A DNA stretch of 64,000 nucleotides, from IMG/VR virus record IMGVR_UViG_3300025732_000019; one strand, 5' to 3'. Below are positions 16,758-25,247 of this stretch, piece by piece. The notes under the pieces are model-generated. The model was not told the origin of the DNA and did no database searches. It worked only from the letters and a program-made list of their open reading frames with translations. A program made the position numbers and the translations under genes. How positions within the stretch are numbered: position 1 is the first letter of the stretch; each line of letters opens with the position of its first letter. This DNA is from a virus.

Positions 16758-17819
16758 ATGACACATCCGCAAGAGAAGCCGATTATCGTCTTCGGTCTTG
16801 GCCACATTGGCCAATACATCCACGCAGAACTGATCAAGCGCACCTATCGTGTGATCGGGTATGATCTCCGTGACGGTCATGATCTCACCAATCGTGAGAC
16901 GATCCGTTTGGCACTCGTCAAGGGGTGTGCCGTCATTGACACGCTCCCCTATCAATGCAATCTCGCGGTGGCGGAGGAAGCCGCGTCATTGGGTGTCGCG
17001 TACTTCAATCTCTCAGAGGATGTACGGAACACCAACCTCATTCGAAATCTGCAGACCACCAGCGTCTTGATTCCACAGTGCGGATTAGCGCCGGGCATGG
17101 TCAGCATTCTCGCCGCGCATCTGGCGCATCCGTTCGACCGTCTTGATGAGATCCTCATTCGCGTCGGCGCACTCCCCCGCGTGCCGTTCAATCATTTGCA
17201 ATACGCACTCACATGGAGTTGTGCGGGACTCGTCAATGAATACTGCGCACCGTGCGATGTGATTGAGAATGGCGTGCGCACACAGGTACGAGCCTTGGAT
17301 GACGTGGAGCCGCTGGAGTTTTTGGGGCACACCTTTGAAGCCGCACATACGAGTGGCGGCATTGGCACGTTGTGCAACAGTTATCTTGGCAAAGCCCAAC
17401 GCGTCAACTACAAAACGCTGCGGTATCCCGGTCACTATCAGTACATGCACATGTTTCGCGATGATTTGAAACTTGCGGAGCATAAAGATCGTGCAGAACA
17501 ATGGTTCTCCGCGGCGTTGCCTCGCACCACGCACGATCTCGTCGCGATCTGGATCTACGTCGAAGGCACCTATCTGGGCGTCAACGGCCATCGTGCCCAT
17601 CTGTTTGATGGGTATCAGCATATCGTACACGCAACCCCTGACGTGACGGCGATTCAGCGGACCACCGCGCATGGCTGTCTTGCGGTGGTCGATGCGTATC
17701 TGCGTGGTCAGATTCCACAGCGCGGATTTGTGCGACAGGAAGATCTTCCGTTTGACGCGATTGCCGCATCACCGTTCTTTGATGTCTATCGCGCAGGATT
17801 GCGACAGGTGACGCGATGA
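16758..17819 (+). CDS. saccharopine/lysine dehydrogenase-family oxidoreductase
   Basis: GLGHIG, YFNLSEDV, PQCGLAPG, YALTWS..GLVNEY, YKTLRYPGH. Confidence 0.9.
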   Translation: MTHPQEKPIIVFGLGHIGQYIHAELIKRTYRVIGYDLRDGHDLTNRETIRLALVKGCAVIDTLPYQCNLAVAEEAASLGVAYFNLSEDVRNTNLIRNLQTTSVLIPQCGLAPGMVSILAAHLAHPFDRLDEILIRVGALPRVPFNHLQYALTWSCAGLVNEYCAPCDVIENGVRTQVRALDDVEPLEFLGHTFEAAHTSGGIGTLCNSYLGKAQRVNYKTLRYPGHYQYMHMFRDDLKLAEHKDRAEQWFSAALPRTTHDLVAIWIYVEGTYLGVNGHRAHLFDGYQHIVHATPDVTAIQRTTAHGCLAVVDAYLRGQIPQRGFVRQEDLPFDAIAASPFFDVYRAGLRQVTR

Positions 17820-18961
17820 CAGAACCATTGAAACCGTGGCAGCACGGGTACACACTCGATACATTGCTTGACTATGAAGCGCGGTACACCACATACAACA
17901 GTTACATGGCGTCTCCGTTTGCAGCATTCAAGAAGCATCGAATTGCAGAACGCCTCCACGCAAACGAATTTGTCGTAGGAGAGGGATATGCGTATGTGAT
18001 CACGACGGCGAAAGTGCGCACGGCACTGTCACAGTTTCCGGATGTCGCGTTTGGTGAGCGGTTTGCGGGCGACCGTACGTTGTCATATCTCGCAGTGGAT
18101 TGGAATGATGGCCGATGGCAGCAAGAGTTTGCGCGTCTGTGTACGGCACCATCTCCGCTGTGGATACAGGTGCCGGTGCGCGACACGGAAGCCATCACGC
18201 ACATTAGTCGCGTCGCGACCCGTGCAGGCACCAAGATTACCACGTTCGGTGATATCTTCGCATGGTTCGTACGCGAATCCGAAGAAGACGCAGGATTGTT
18301 TGGTTCGTCACGATTGCGCACCGTGGAACCCGTGCATCAATATGGCATTTGCCCGTGTGAGGTCGACGTCGAAGCACATGCACGGGCATTGTATTCCGAA
18401 GTCACGGCGCTGTCGGTACCGTATCAAGATCATTACAGCAACTACAATGCGGGTCATGCATGGGGGGCGTTATCGGTGCGCGGATATAGTGCTGACGTGC
18501 ACATGATCGCGAAACCATCGGAAATGAATGCGAAGTGGAAAGCCGCGCATGCGCATGAAGATTTCACATTGCAGGATACCACGCTTCGTGCGCAACTGCC
18601 GTCATTGGAACCGCTGCTCCATGCGTTTGGCGATGTTACATGGCATCGTATTCGATTGATGCGTTTGCAGCCCGGCGGGGGTGAACTTCAGCGTCACACC
18701 GATCAAGTCGATGCAGATTCTGGATTCGGTGTCGGGCAATTGATGCGCATACACGTGCCGTTGAAGACGAATCCGCAAGTGATCTTTACGGTATGGGATG
18801 CGAATGATGTCGCGCAGGAGGTGCACATGCCCGCGTTCTCTGCGTATGCATTGGATACGCGCTGGCCGCATCGAGCGATCAACGGCGGCCGCGACGAACG
18901 AATTCATCTGGTCATGGATGCGGTGACGACGCCCGCATTGCAAGCGAGGTTGCGACCATGA
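17816..18961 (+). CDS. Asp/Asn beta-hydroxylase-like 2OG-Fe(II) dioxygenase with extra N-terminal domain
   Basis: RLMRL.PGGG.LQRHTD, RIHVPLKTN, H.A.NGG...RIHLV.D. Confidence 0.85.
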   Translation: MTEPLKPWQHGYTLDTLLDYEARYTTYNSYMASPFAAFKKHRIAERLHANEFVVGEGYAYVITTAKVRTALSQFPDVAFGERFAGDRTLSYLAVDWNDGRWQQEFARLCTAPSPLWIQVPVRDTEAITHISRVATRAGTKITTFGDIFAWFVRESEEDAGLFGSSRLRTVEPVHQYGICPCEVDVEAHARALYSEVTALSVPYQDHYSNYNAGHAWGALSVRGYSADVHMIAKPSEMNAKWKAAHAHEDFTLQDTTLRAQLPSLEPLLHAFGDVTWHRIRLMRLQPGGGELQRHTDQVDADSGFGVGQLMRIHVPLKTNPQVIFTVWDANDVAQEVHMPAFSAYALDTRWPHRAINGGRDERIHLVMDAVTTPALQARLRP

Positions 18962-19293
18962 GTCTCACGGGATGGAAGAAGCGGATGCTATTGGAGCTTC
19001 CACATACGATGGCATCTCCCATGCGCTCTGAACGTGCGGAGGCATTGTGGATCGTGCCCGTGAAGGATGCATACGCAGTGGTGGCGATTCGCAAGGGCGC
19101 GCCTCGTGCTGTTGTCGCGTATTGTCATGAGCTGGATCTCCGTAATATTCATTATCAACCTGTCAAGGTGCGCACGGAAGCAAAACGCTTGACGCCACGT
19201 ACGTCATATCTGGAATTGACCCCGAACGACGCGTCACACGCATTCTACGTCATGAACTCACAAGCGGTCACAGAAGTAGTTGTCACTCAATAG
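18958..19293 (+). CDS. hypothetical protein
   Basis: ATGA overlap with the upstream gene. Confidence 0.6.
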   Translation: MSLTGWKKRMLLELPHTMASPMRSERAEALWIVPVKDAYAVVAIRKGAPRAVVAYCHELDLRNIHYQPVKVRTEAKRLTPRTSYLELTPNDASHAFYVMNSQAVTEVVVTQ

Positions 19294-19302
19294 CGATATT
19301 CC

Positions 19303-19308
19303 TAAATA
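19303..19308 (+). promoter_or_regulatory. T4-type late promoter core TAAATA (also at 21794, 22637, 39639, 41689, 45376, 51885, 52472)
   Basis: recurs just upstream of gene starts; T4 consensus is TATAAATA. Confidence 0.7.
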
Positions 19309-19313
19309 TCCAC

Positions 19314-19484
19314 ATGTCGCTATACGTCAAACTCATGCTTATTGCGCTCAGTAGTGCCTACGTGTGTTTATTCGTATGGTTTGTGCGCCGCATTCGAATC
19401 ATTGCTCGACACGTGCCACCAAGATCGCATGCGGAAAACGAGACGCATCATGCGGATACGCCTCATCACAGTGTGTGGCACTGA
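19314..19484 (+). CDS. 56-aa single-TM protein with His-rich tail (not in ORF track)
   Basis: MSLYVKLMLIALSSAYVCLFVWFVRRIR...HAENETHHADTPHHSVWH; follows the late promoter. Confidence 0.6.
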   Translation: MSLYVKLMLIALSSAYVCLFVWFVRRIRIIARHVPPRSHAENETHHADTPHHSVWH

Positions 19485-19498
19485 TAGAGGAGACGCAT

Positions 19499-19756
19499 AT
19501 GCTCTCACGACGTTCATTTCTGACGGGGGCCGCGTTTAGTGTTGCGGCGACAATGGCATACGCTGCGCAACAGTCACAGACCCCCGAATCCCCCAAGTCA
19601 CCTCCACCTGAGAAGCCAAATGAGAAGCCAAATGAAAAACCGTTGATTGATGCAGACGGTCGGGAATATCGCGTGTGCCCACAGTGCGGCAACAATATGT
19701 ACAAGCAGGGTCGCATGTGGGTGTGCGAAGTCTGCGGTTATAGTTACGTCGAATAG
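19499..19756 (+). CDS. Tat-signal small protein with C-terminal CxxC-CxxC ribbon
   Basis: SRRSFL...AYA signal; CPQC/CEVC; GAGGAG RBS. Confidence 0.8.
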   Translation: MLSRRSFLTGAAFSVAATMAYAAQQSQTPESPKSPPPEKPNEKPNEKPLIDADGREYRVCPQCGNNMYKQGRMWVCEVCGYSYVE

Positions 19757-19765
19757 GAGAGCATC

Positions 19766-21136
19766 ATGTTCCTGACACAAAAAACGCTGCCTCGTCGCAC
19801 CGTGCTCAAAGGATTGGGGGCCACACTCTCGCTCCCGCTCTTGGATGCGATGATTCCGTTGAATGCATCCGCGGCTCCGACCACCCCCAAAAATCTGATT
19901 GCCATCGAAGTCGTTCACGGCTCCGCCGGCAGCACCACCTACGGGCAGAGCAAAAACCTTTGGTCGCCTGCGACCACCGGCACCGAGTTCGACATCTCTA
20001 AGAACATTCTGTCGTCGTTGCATCCGTATAAAGACCATCTTACCATCATCAGTCAGACGGATGTGCGCATGGCGGAAGCGTTCACTGCACCGGAGATTGG
20101 CGGTGATCACTTCCGTGCGAGTGCGGTGTTCCTGACGCAATCGCATCCGAAACAAACGCAAGGCTCCGATGTATTCGTAGGCACGTCACTTGATCAGATC
20201 TACGCAAAGGCATACGGGCAACAGACGCCGCTGCCGTCGATGCAGTTGTGCATTGAGAATGTCGATCAAGCGGGCGGCTGCTCCTACGGCTATACCTGCA
20301 CCTATACCGATACGATTTCATGGGCGTCCCCGACGGAACCGCTCCCGATGATCCGTGATCCCCGTATGGCGTTCGAAGCGTTGTTTGGGGATGGCGTCGA
20401 TGCGGCGGATCGTCGCGAACGATTGCAGTCACGTCGCAGCCTGCTGGATTTCATGCAGTCGAGTATTCGTCGCATTCAACGCGAGTTGCCCAAATCCGAT
20501 GCGATCCGCTTGGATCAAATGACGACCTATGTGCGAGAACTCGAACGCCGCATTCAGTTGACGGAAGCGCACAATACCAGTGGTGAAGAACGCAGTCTGC
20601 CCAATGCGCCCGTCGGCGTGCCGGATGACTATGAAGAACACATGCGTCTGATGTTCGATCTGCAAGTGGCCGCGTTTATGATGGGCACCACCCATGTGTT
20701 CTCGCTCAAGACGGGACGGGATGCCTCGAACCGCGTCTATCCCAAGAGCGGCGTCTCGGGTGGGTTCCATCCCACGTCACATCATGGCGAAGTGGCGACA
20801 CGCATTGAGGAGTTTGCGAAGATCAACCAGTATCATGTGAGTATGCTGCCGTATCTGCTCGACCGTCTCAAGTCGGTGCCGTCAGCGGGTGGCACGTTAC
20901 TGGATGATACGCTCGTCATCTACGGGTCACCAATGGGGAATCCGAACCTGCACAACCACAAACGCTGCCCGCTCCTGCTGCTCGGTCATGCAGGCGGCAC
21001 CATCAAGGGGCATCGTCACATTCATGCCGCAGACGGCACCCCGATGGCGAATGCAATGTTAGCCGTGCTGCAGAAGTTGGGTGTTGACGTAACGTCTTTC
21101 GGCGACAGTAACGGCGTCATGGATCTCAACGCATAA
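19766..21136 (+). CDS. DUF1552-family protein with twin-arginine N-terminus (host-derived)
   Basis: LPRRTVLKGLGATLSLPLLDAMIP, SLDQIYA, ISW..P..PLP, HPTSHH, LLDDTL..YGS. Confidence 0.9.
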   Translation: MFLTQKTLPRRTVLKGLGATLSLPLLDAMIPLNASAAPTTPKNLIAIEVVHGSAGSTTYGQSKNLWSPATTGTEFDISKNILSSLHPYKDHLTIISQTDVRMAEAFTAPEIGGDHFRASAVFLTQSHPKQTQGSDVFVGTSLDQIYAKAYGQQTPLPSMQLCIENVDQAGGCSYGYTCTYTDTISWASPTEPLPMIRDPRMAFEALFGDGVDAADRRERLQSRRSLLDFMQSSIRRIQRELPKSDAIRLDQMTTYVRELERRIQLTEAHNTSGEERSLPNAPVGVPDDYEEHMRLMFDLQVAAFMMGTTHVFSLKTGRDASNRVYPKSGVSGGFHPTSHHGEVATRIEEFAKINQYHVSMLPYLLDRLKSVPSAGGTLLDDTLVIYGSPMGNPNLHNHKRCPLLLLGHAGGTIKGHRHIHAADGTPMANAMLAVLQKLGVDVTSFGDSNGVMDLNA

Positions 21137-21177
21137 AACACTTGACTCGGTACGTGTGATCGTGTATACTATGGGAT

Positions 21178-21372
21178 ATGATGAAATATGTGATTCGTAT
21201 GCTCCATCGATGGTGGTATCATGCAGAAGTATTGCCGTCATCGTCGTCTCCGTCAACTTCTTCTATTCGCATGGTCGTCAATGGTCATGTATTTGACCAT
21301 GATCCGGATGCGCTAATCCGTACATGGCAGTTTCCGCGTCGGCAGAATATCTCTCGTGGCGGGTTTCGCTAA
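21178..21372 (+). CDS. small hypothetical protein, leaderless
   Basis: TTGACT-17-TATACT promoter immediately upstream. Confidence 0.55.
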   Translation: MMKYVIRMLHRWWYHAEVLPSSSSPSTSSIRMVVNGHVFDHDPDALIRTWQFPRRQNISRGGFR

Positions 21373-21800
21373 TGCCACGTAAATGCCGATGCGGAACCGC
21401 GATTAGTGCCGCGCGTCTCGCAGCACTTCCACATACGCGCACGTGCACCGCGTGTTCTGCGGAAGAACCCGTCAAGGGCTTCATGACGTGGGAGCACAAA
21501 ACAGCACCAGTCTTTCAAGTCGTAACACCGAAACAGCATGCATGGTTTCAGCAGCACGATCGGCGCTCCGTGCATTCAAACCTACCAATGGGAACGCGCA
21601 CGATCTCCGGTACGCAATCTGCCGTGAGTCGAACGCTGCCGGTATCCGTGCGGTTGTCTCCACGCACACCGTCACTTCCTGTGATTGATATGCGACCACG
21701 CGCACGAAAATGCGCACATACCGATGCGCCTCAAGCATCATCATATGGGTTGTGTGTCACCTGTGCGCTCGAATGGTATGCAGTACGCGCACGTAAATAG
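21372..21800 (+). CDS. DksA/TraR-type C4 zinc-finger protein
   Basis: CxCG..I...RL.ALP.T.TC..C. Confidence 0.7.
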   Translation: MPRKCRCGTAISAARLAALPHTRTCTACSAEEPVKGFMTWEHKTAPVFQVVTPKQHAWFQQHDRRSVHSNLPMGTRTISGTQSAVSRTLPVSVRLSPRTPSLPVIDMRPRARKCAHTDAPQASSYGLCVTCALEWYAVRARK

Positions 21801-21814
21801 ATGTGGAGGTGTAT

Positions 21815-22639
21815 ATGTACACATGGATGGCCAAACCACAAACAAACGGTGCTGATACCGATGTACTTCAGCAACTAGATCTTACGCGGTTTGGATGGAA
21901 AAAGCATCCCGCGACAACACCCGTCACATTGTGTGACGGTGCGATTGATGTCTATTCGGGCAAGTCACCACACTACAAATCATCATTGGGTATGGGTGAT
22001 ACTTTGCGACCTGCTTTGTCGGAAGAACTATCCGACGCGTGGGCAGCCGCGATTCGCCCCTACATACAGACGTGGCCAGCAGGTCATGATGCGCTTGCGC
22101 GATACCTTGATGAAGTTTGGCTATGGCAAAGCATCGAGGCCAAGCACGGCATAGGAGGATGCACATCGGGGCACATCAATACCTATCAGCAACCGACATA
22201 TCCATATCATGCCGTGTATGTCAGTATGTATGACTTACAAGGTACCGCGCAGGGTATCTATCATGAATATGCGCATTTACGACTGGAAACGTTGGGTGTT
22301 CAAATAGAAACGCACGACTATGCGTTACTTCTCAACGACCCGACTGAGTTATATCACTCATCCGTACGGTTTGATGTGAAGCGACCGATGTCAGCCGTCG
22401 TGCACGGTGTGTATGCGTGGTTAATGTTCACGGAGAACGATTGGCAACTGTACGAGCATCACGTCATTGATCAACCGACGTTCAGCATGTACACCAAACA
22501 CAATATTCCAAAGATTCGTAACGGGATTCGTGAAATTCAGGAATACGGTCGGTTTACCAATGCCGGCACAGAATTCATCACCGGCGTCTATCTATGGGCC
22601 GATGATCTCTGTCGTCGATGTGAGGAGGCATACACCTAA
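21815..22639 (+). CDS. HExxH-domain protein (aKG-HExxH / RiPP-maturase-like)
   Basis: HEYAHLRL...LY.S.VR.D..RP.SAVVHGVYAW. Confidence 0.8.
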   Translation: MYTWMAKPQTNGADTDVLQQLDLTRFGWKKHPATTPVTLCDGAIDVYSGKSPHYKSSLGMGDTLRPALSEELSDAWAAAIRPYIQTWPAGHDALARYLDEVWLWQSIEAKHGIGGCTSGHINTYQQPTYPYHAVYVSMYDLQGTAQGIYHEYAHLRLETLGVQIETHDYALLLNDPTELYHSSVRFDVKRPMSAVVHGVYAWLMFTENDWQLYEHHVIDQPTFSMYTKHNIPKIRNGIREIQEYGRFTNAGTEFITGVYLWADDLCRRCEEAYT

Positions 22640-22663
22640 ATATCCATATTCATAGGAGTCTGC

Positions 22664-23383
22664 ATGCGGTCGTTCAAATCATTCCTAACGCTCGACGAAG
22701 GCGTCTTCGATCCGGGGATTCTGAAAGCCATTTTTATGGCGGGTGGGCCCGGCAGTGGAAAATCCACGAAAGCCGAAGAACTCTTCGGATTGGATGCGGG
22801 GTTCAAGTCGTCATTCAGTCACTACGGCTTGAAGGTGGTCAACAGCGATCACATGTTCGAATATTTGCTGAAGCAAATGCATGTCTCTCCGAAAGATCTC
22901 GCGAACATTGAACGCGAAGACCCCGCTCGATTCCTGCATCTCACTGCCGACCCGCATGGCCCACGTGCACGGGCGAAAGCTTTGGTGGATCGTCAACGAG
23001 AACTCTATATTCAAGGGCGCTTGGGGATGATCATTGATGGCACGGGTGATGACTATGCAAAACTTGCCACCAAGAAACATCATCTGGAAGACTATGGATA
23101 TGATACGGGAATGGTGTTCGTGCACACGTCACTTGAAGTTGCGCTGGAACGGAATCGTCAACGGCCGCGTCAGTTGCCAGACGGATTAGTTACCGATATT
23201 TGGCACAACTGTCAAAAAAACCGTGAGCATTATCAAAAACTGTTTGGAAAGCACTACGTAGAAGTCTACAACACGACCGGTGGCGTTGTGCATCAAGTCG
23301 TACAACGAGCAGTGCAAACCTTTATTCATACGCCCGTGCAGAACCCCAAAGGTCAGGCGTGGGTTCGCAGTCAGACTCTCTAG
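22664..23383 (+). CDS. P-loop kinase (zeta-toxin/PNK-like) with capsid-targeting N-terminus
   Basis: MRSFKSFLTLDE; MAGGPGSGKS; IIDGTG; RNxxRxR; late promoter. Confidence 0.85.
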   Translation: MRSFKSFLTLDEGVFDPGILKAIFMAGGPGSGKSTKAEELFGLDAGFKSSFSHYGLKVVNSDHMFEYLLKQMHVSPKDLANIEREDPARFLHLTADPHGPRARAKALVDRQRELYIQGRLGMIIDGTGDDYAKLATKKHHLEDYGYDTGMVFVHTSLEVALERNRQRPRQLPDGLVTDIWHNCQKNREHYQKLFGKHYVEVYNTTGGVVHQVVQRAVQTFIHTPVQNPKGQAWVRSQTL

Positions 23384-23476
23384 GATCACCTTCGATGTCG
23401 TCACAGGCGCAGTCTTCCGTCGTATAAGACGCACAAGATTACAACGAACGATATTCACTCACTGAAGGAAAACGCT

Positions 23477-24376
23477 ATGTCGGCATCAAAGCTATTATCG
23501 ATTCTTCGAACCATTCGCGAAACTGAAGAAGATTTCAAAGGTGGTCAAACGACCAATGCCGCCTATGAAGACTGGAAAGAACTCAGCGAAGATGCCGAGT
23601 ATGACGGGCGTAGTGTTAGTCTCAACAAGCCTTTCCGCAGCAACGACGGCAAGCATAAGTTCTATGTCTACGTCAAGAACGACAAAGGCAATGTGATCAA
23701 GCTCGGGTTCGGCGATCCCAACATGGAGATCAAACGCGATGACCCCGACCGTCGCAAAGCGTATCGTGACCGACACAACTGCGACAACCCCGGGCCGAAA
23801 TGGAAAGCCGAATACTGGTCGTGCCGCATGTGGTCGGCGAAACCCGTGAGTAGTATTGCGGAAGCGATGTCGTCAATTCACCGTATCCATAATGGAGATG
23901 TGGTGCGCGGCACCTACATGAATGTGCCGTATACGGGCTTTGTGGCCACGCAGCGTGTGCACCCCACGAACCACGACATCCGCATCTTTACGGTGAAGCT
24001 GGATGCGCCGATTGTCGTGCATGGTGCTCACATGAATTACCTCACCATCAATGCGTCAGACAATCCCGCGTTGGCGAGTGATCATATTGCGCTTCGCGAA
24101 GCGCGGGAGACGTTTCAACAAAATCTTCCCCACCTCCCCATTTCAAAGCTGCAAGCGAAAGCGGTATTGATTGCCGTGCCCAAAAATCCCCATGCGGGTG
24201 ATGGAAGAGGGTTCTGGAAACTTGGCGATGCCGTATATCGCGCATCCGTTGACGGTGCGACAGATATTCACGGTGCCCCCATCGATAAGCGATGGGAGAG
24301 TTCGTATAGCCATTTTACGCGCTATTTTGATGCTGTGTACAGTCAACATTACGTGAAGACCCCGGAGTGGAAGTAG
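23477..24376 (+). CDS. multi-module virion internal protein
   Basis: AEY.G..V.LNKP...KFYVYVKN...FGDP...RHNC...YWSC module; LxE/IxE junctions. Confidence 0.75.
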   Translation: MSASKLLSILRTIRETEEDFKGGQTTNAAYEDWKELSEDAEYDGRSVSLNKPFRSNDGKHKFYVYVKNDKGNVIKLGFGDPNMEIKRDDPDRRKAYRDRHNCDNPGPKWKAEYWSCRMWSAKPVSSIAEAMSSIHRIHNGDVVRGTYMNVPYTGFVATQRVHPTNHDIRIFTVKLDAPIVVHGAHMNYLTINASDNPALASDHIALREARETFQQNLPHLPISKLQAKAVLIAVPKNPHAGDGRGFWKLGDAVYRASVDGATDIHGAPIDKRWESSYSHFTRYFDAVYSQHYVKTPEWK

Positions 24377-24603
24377 TGCAGTCATTTCGAGCACACGTCG
24401 CAGAAGTCTCGCGACTGAAGCGGTTCTCGGTTGATTACATCTATCAGACCGCGACGGGCGGCCCGCATCGTACGCAATTGATTTCGACGAACACGCAACT
24501 CCCGAACCTTGCCACCAGCGAGACAGCAGTTTTGGCATGGCTGCGAAAGCGGCATGTTGGGTGTGAGATTACGATCATTTCCCTTGATTGGCAGAGTCTC
24601 TAA
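24376..24603 (+). CDS. small protein with capsid-targeting-like N-terminus
   Basis: GTG start MQSFRAHVAE. Confidence 0.6.
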   Translation: MQSFRAHVAEVSRLKRFSVDYIYQTATGGPHRTQLISTNTQLPNLATSETAVLAWLRKRHVGCEITIISLDWQSL

Positions 24604-24609
24604 CTCCGC

Positions 24610-24748
24610 TTGACATCCGCATGTATGTGCGGTATACTTGCTTTCGTTGTTGGTGATGCGTTTTGAAATTTCCATTGCATGCCAACGTTGGCAGACGTGG
24701 TACAGAAGCAAAAGAATGCTTGACACCGACTCTGCAATGTGAGATAAT
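24610..24748 (+). promoter_or_regulatory. two tandem sigma70 promoters
   Basis: TTGACA 24610/TATACT 24633 and TTGACA 24720/GATAAT 24743, both with 17-bp spacers. Confidence 0.8.
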
Positions 24749-24757
24749 AGTTCTCAT

Positions 24758-24812
24758 GGTGATGAACGAAAACACTGGCGACGGTTATCACCCTTCAAAC
24801 TTCAGAGCCAGT
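24758..24812 (+). promoter_or_regulatory. predicted 5'-UTR pseudoknot abutting the RBS
   Basis: GGTGAT(G)AAC/GTTATCACC crossed with ACTGGC/GCCAGT. Confidence 0.55.
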
Positions 24813-24830
24813 CACAAAGGTAAAATGAAT

Positions 24831-25151
24831 ATGTCGAACACGTCAATGACCGCTACGCAGAAGCTGCTTTCCTACCTCAAGACCGGTCGCGATATTACCG
24901 CTGCACAGGCGCAGAGCCGCTTCGGTATCTCGAACGTTTCTGCTCGGGTGTCGGAGCTTCGCAAGGCGGGTTATTCGGTGTACCTGAACGAGAAGGTCAC
25001 GTCGAACGGCAAGACGATCAAGGCGTACCGCCTCGGTACTCCGACGCGTCGTCAGGTGGCGATCGCGAACTTCGTCGAGAGCAACCCGAACTTCTTCGGC
25101 AAGGCGTCGTGGATCGGTGACCGCGCCGCGCGTCTGATGAAGACCGTGTAG
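24831..25151 (+). CDS. winged-helix DNA-binding protein
   Basis: KLL.YL..G..IT..QA..RFG..N..AR.SELR..GY.VY.N...YRLG.P; highly biased codons. Confidence 0.85.
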   Translation: MSNTSMTATQKLLSYLKTGRDITAAQAQSRFGISNVSARVSELRKAGYSVYLNEKVTSNGKTIKAYRLGTPTRRQVAIANFVESNPNFFGKASWIGDRAARLMKTV

Positions 25152-25155
25152 TCAT

Positions 25156-25187
25156 GACGAGGGGCTTCGGCCCCTCGTTTTGTCTTT
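25156..25187 (+). terminator. Rho-independent terminator
   Basis: GACGAGGGGC-TTCG-GCCCCTCGTT followed by T-rich tail. Confidence 0.85.
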
Positions 25188-25247
25188 GCATCTCTGACGA
25201 GCCCGCAAGGGCGAAACATGCTGTGCACACACCAGCATGTCAGATGC
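25188..25247 (+). ncRNA. hammerhead ribozyme (type I)
   Basis: stem I GCATCT/AGATGC; CTGACGA; stem II GCCC-GCAA-GGGC; GAAA; stem III CATGCTG/CAGCATG; GTC cleavage site at 25241. Confidence 0.92.

Noticed and set aside
21372-21800. Functional DksA/TraR RNA polymerase regulator
   Set aside because: Only the C4 finger is present; the N-terminal DxxDxA helix is missing.
22664-23383. Zeta toxin-antitoxin module
   Set aside because: No antitoxin neighbour; the late promoter and capsid-targeting N-terminus fit a virion protein.
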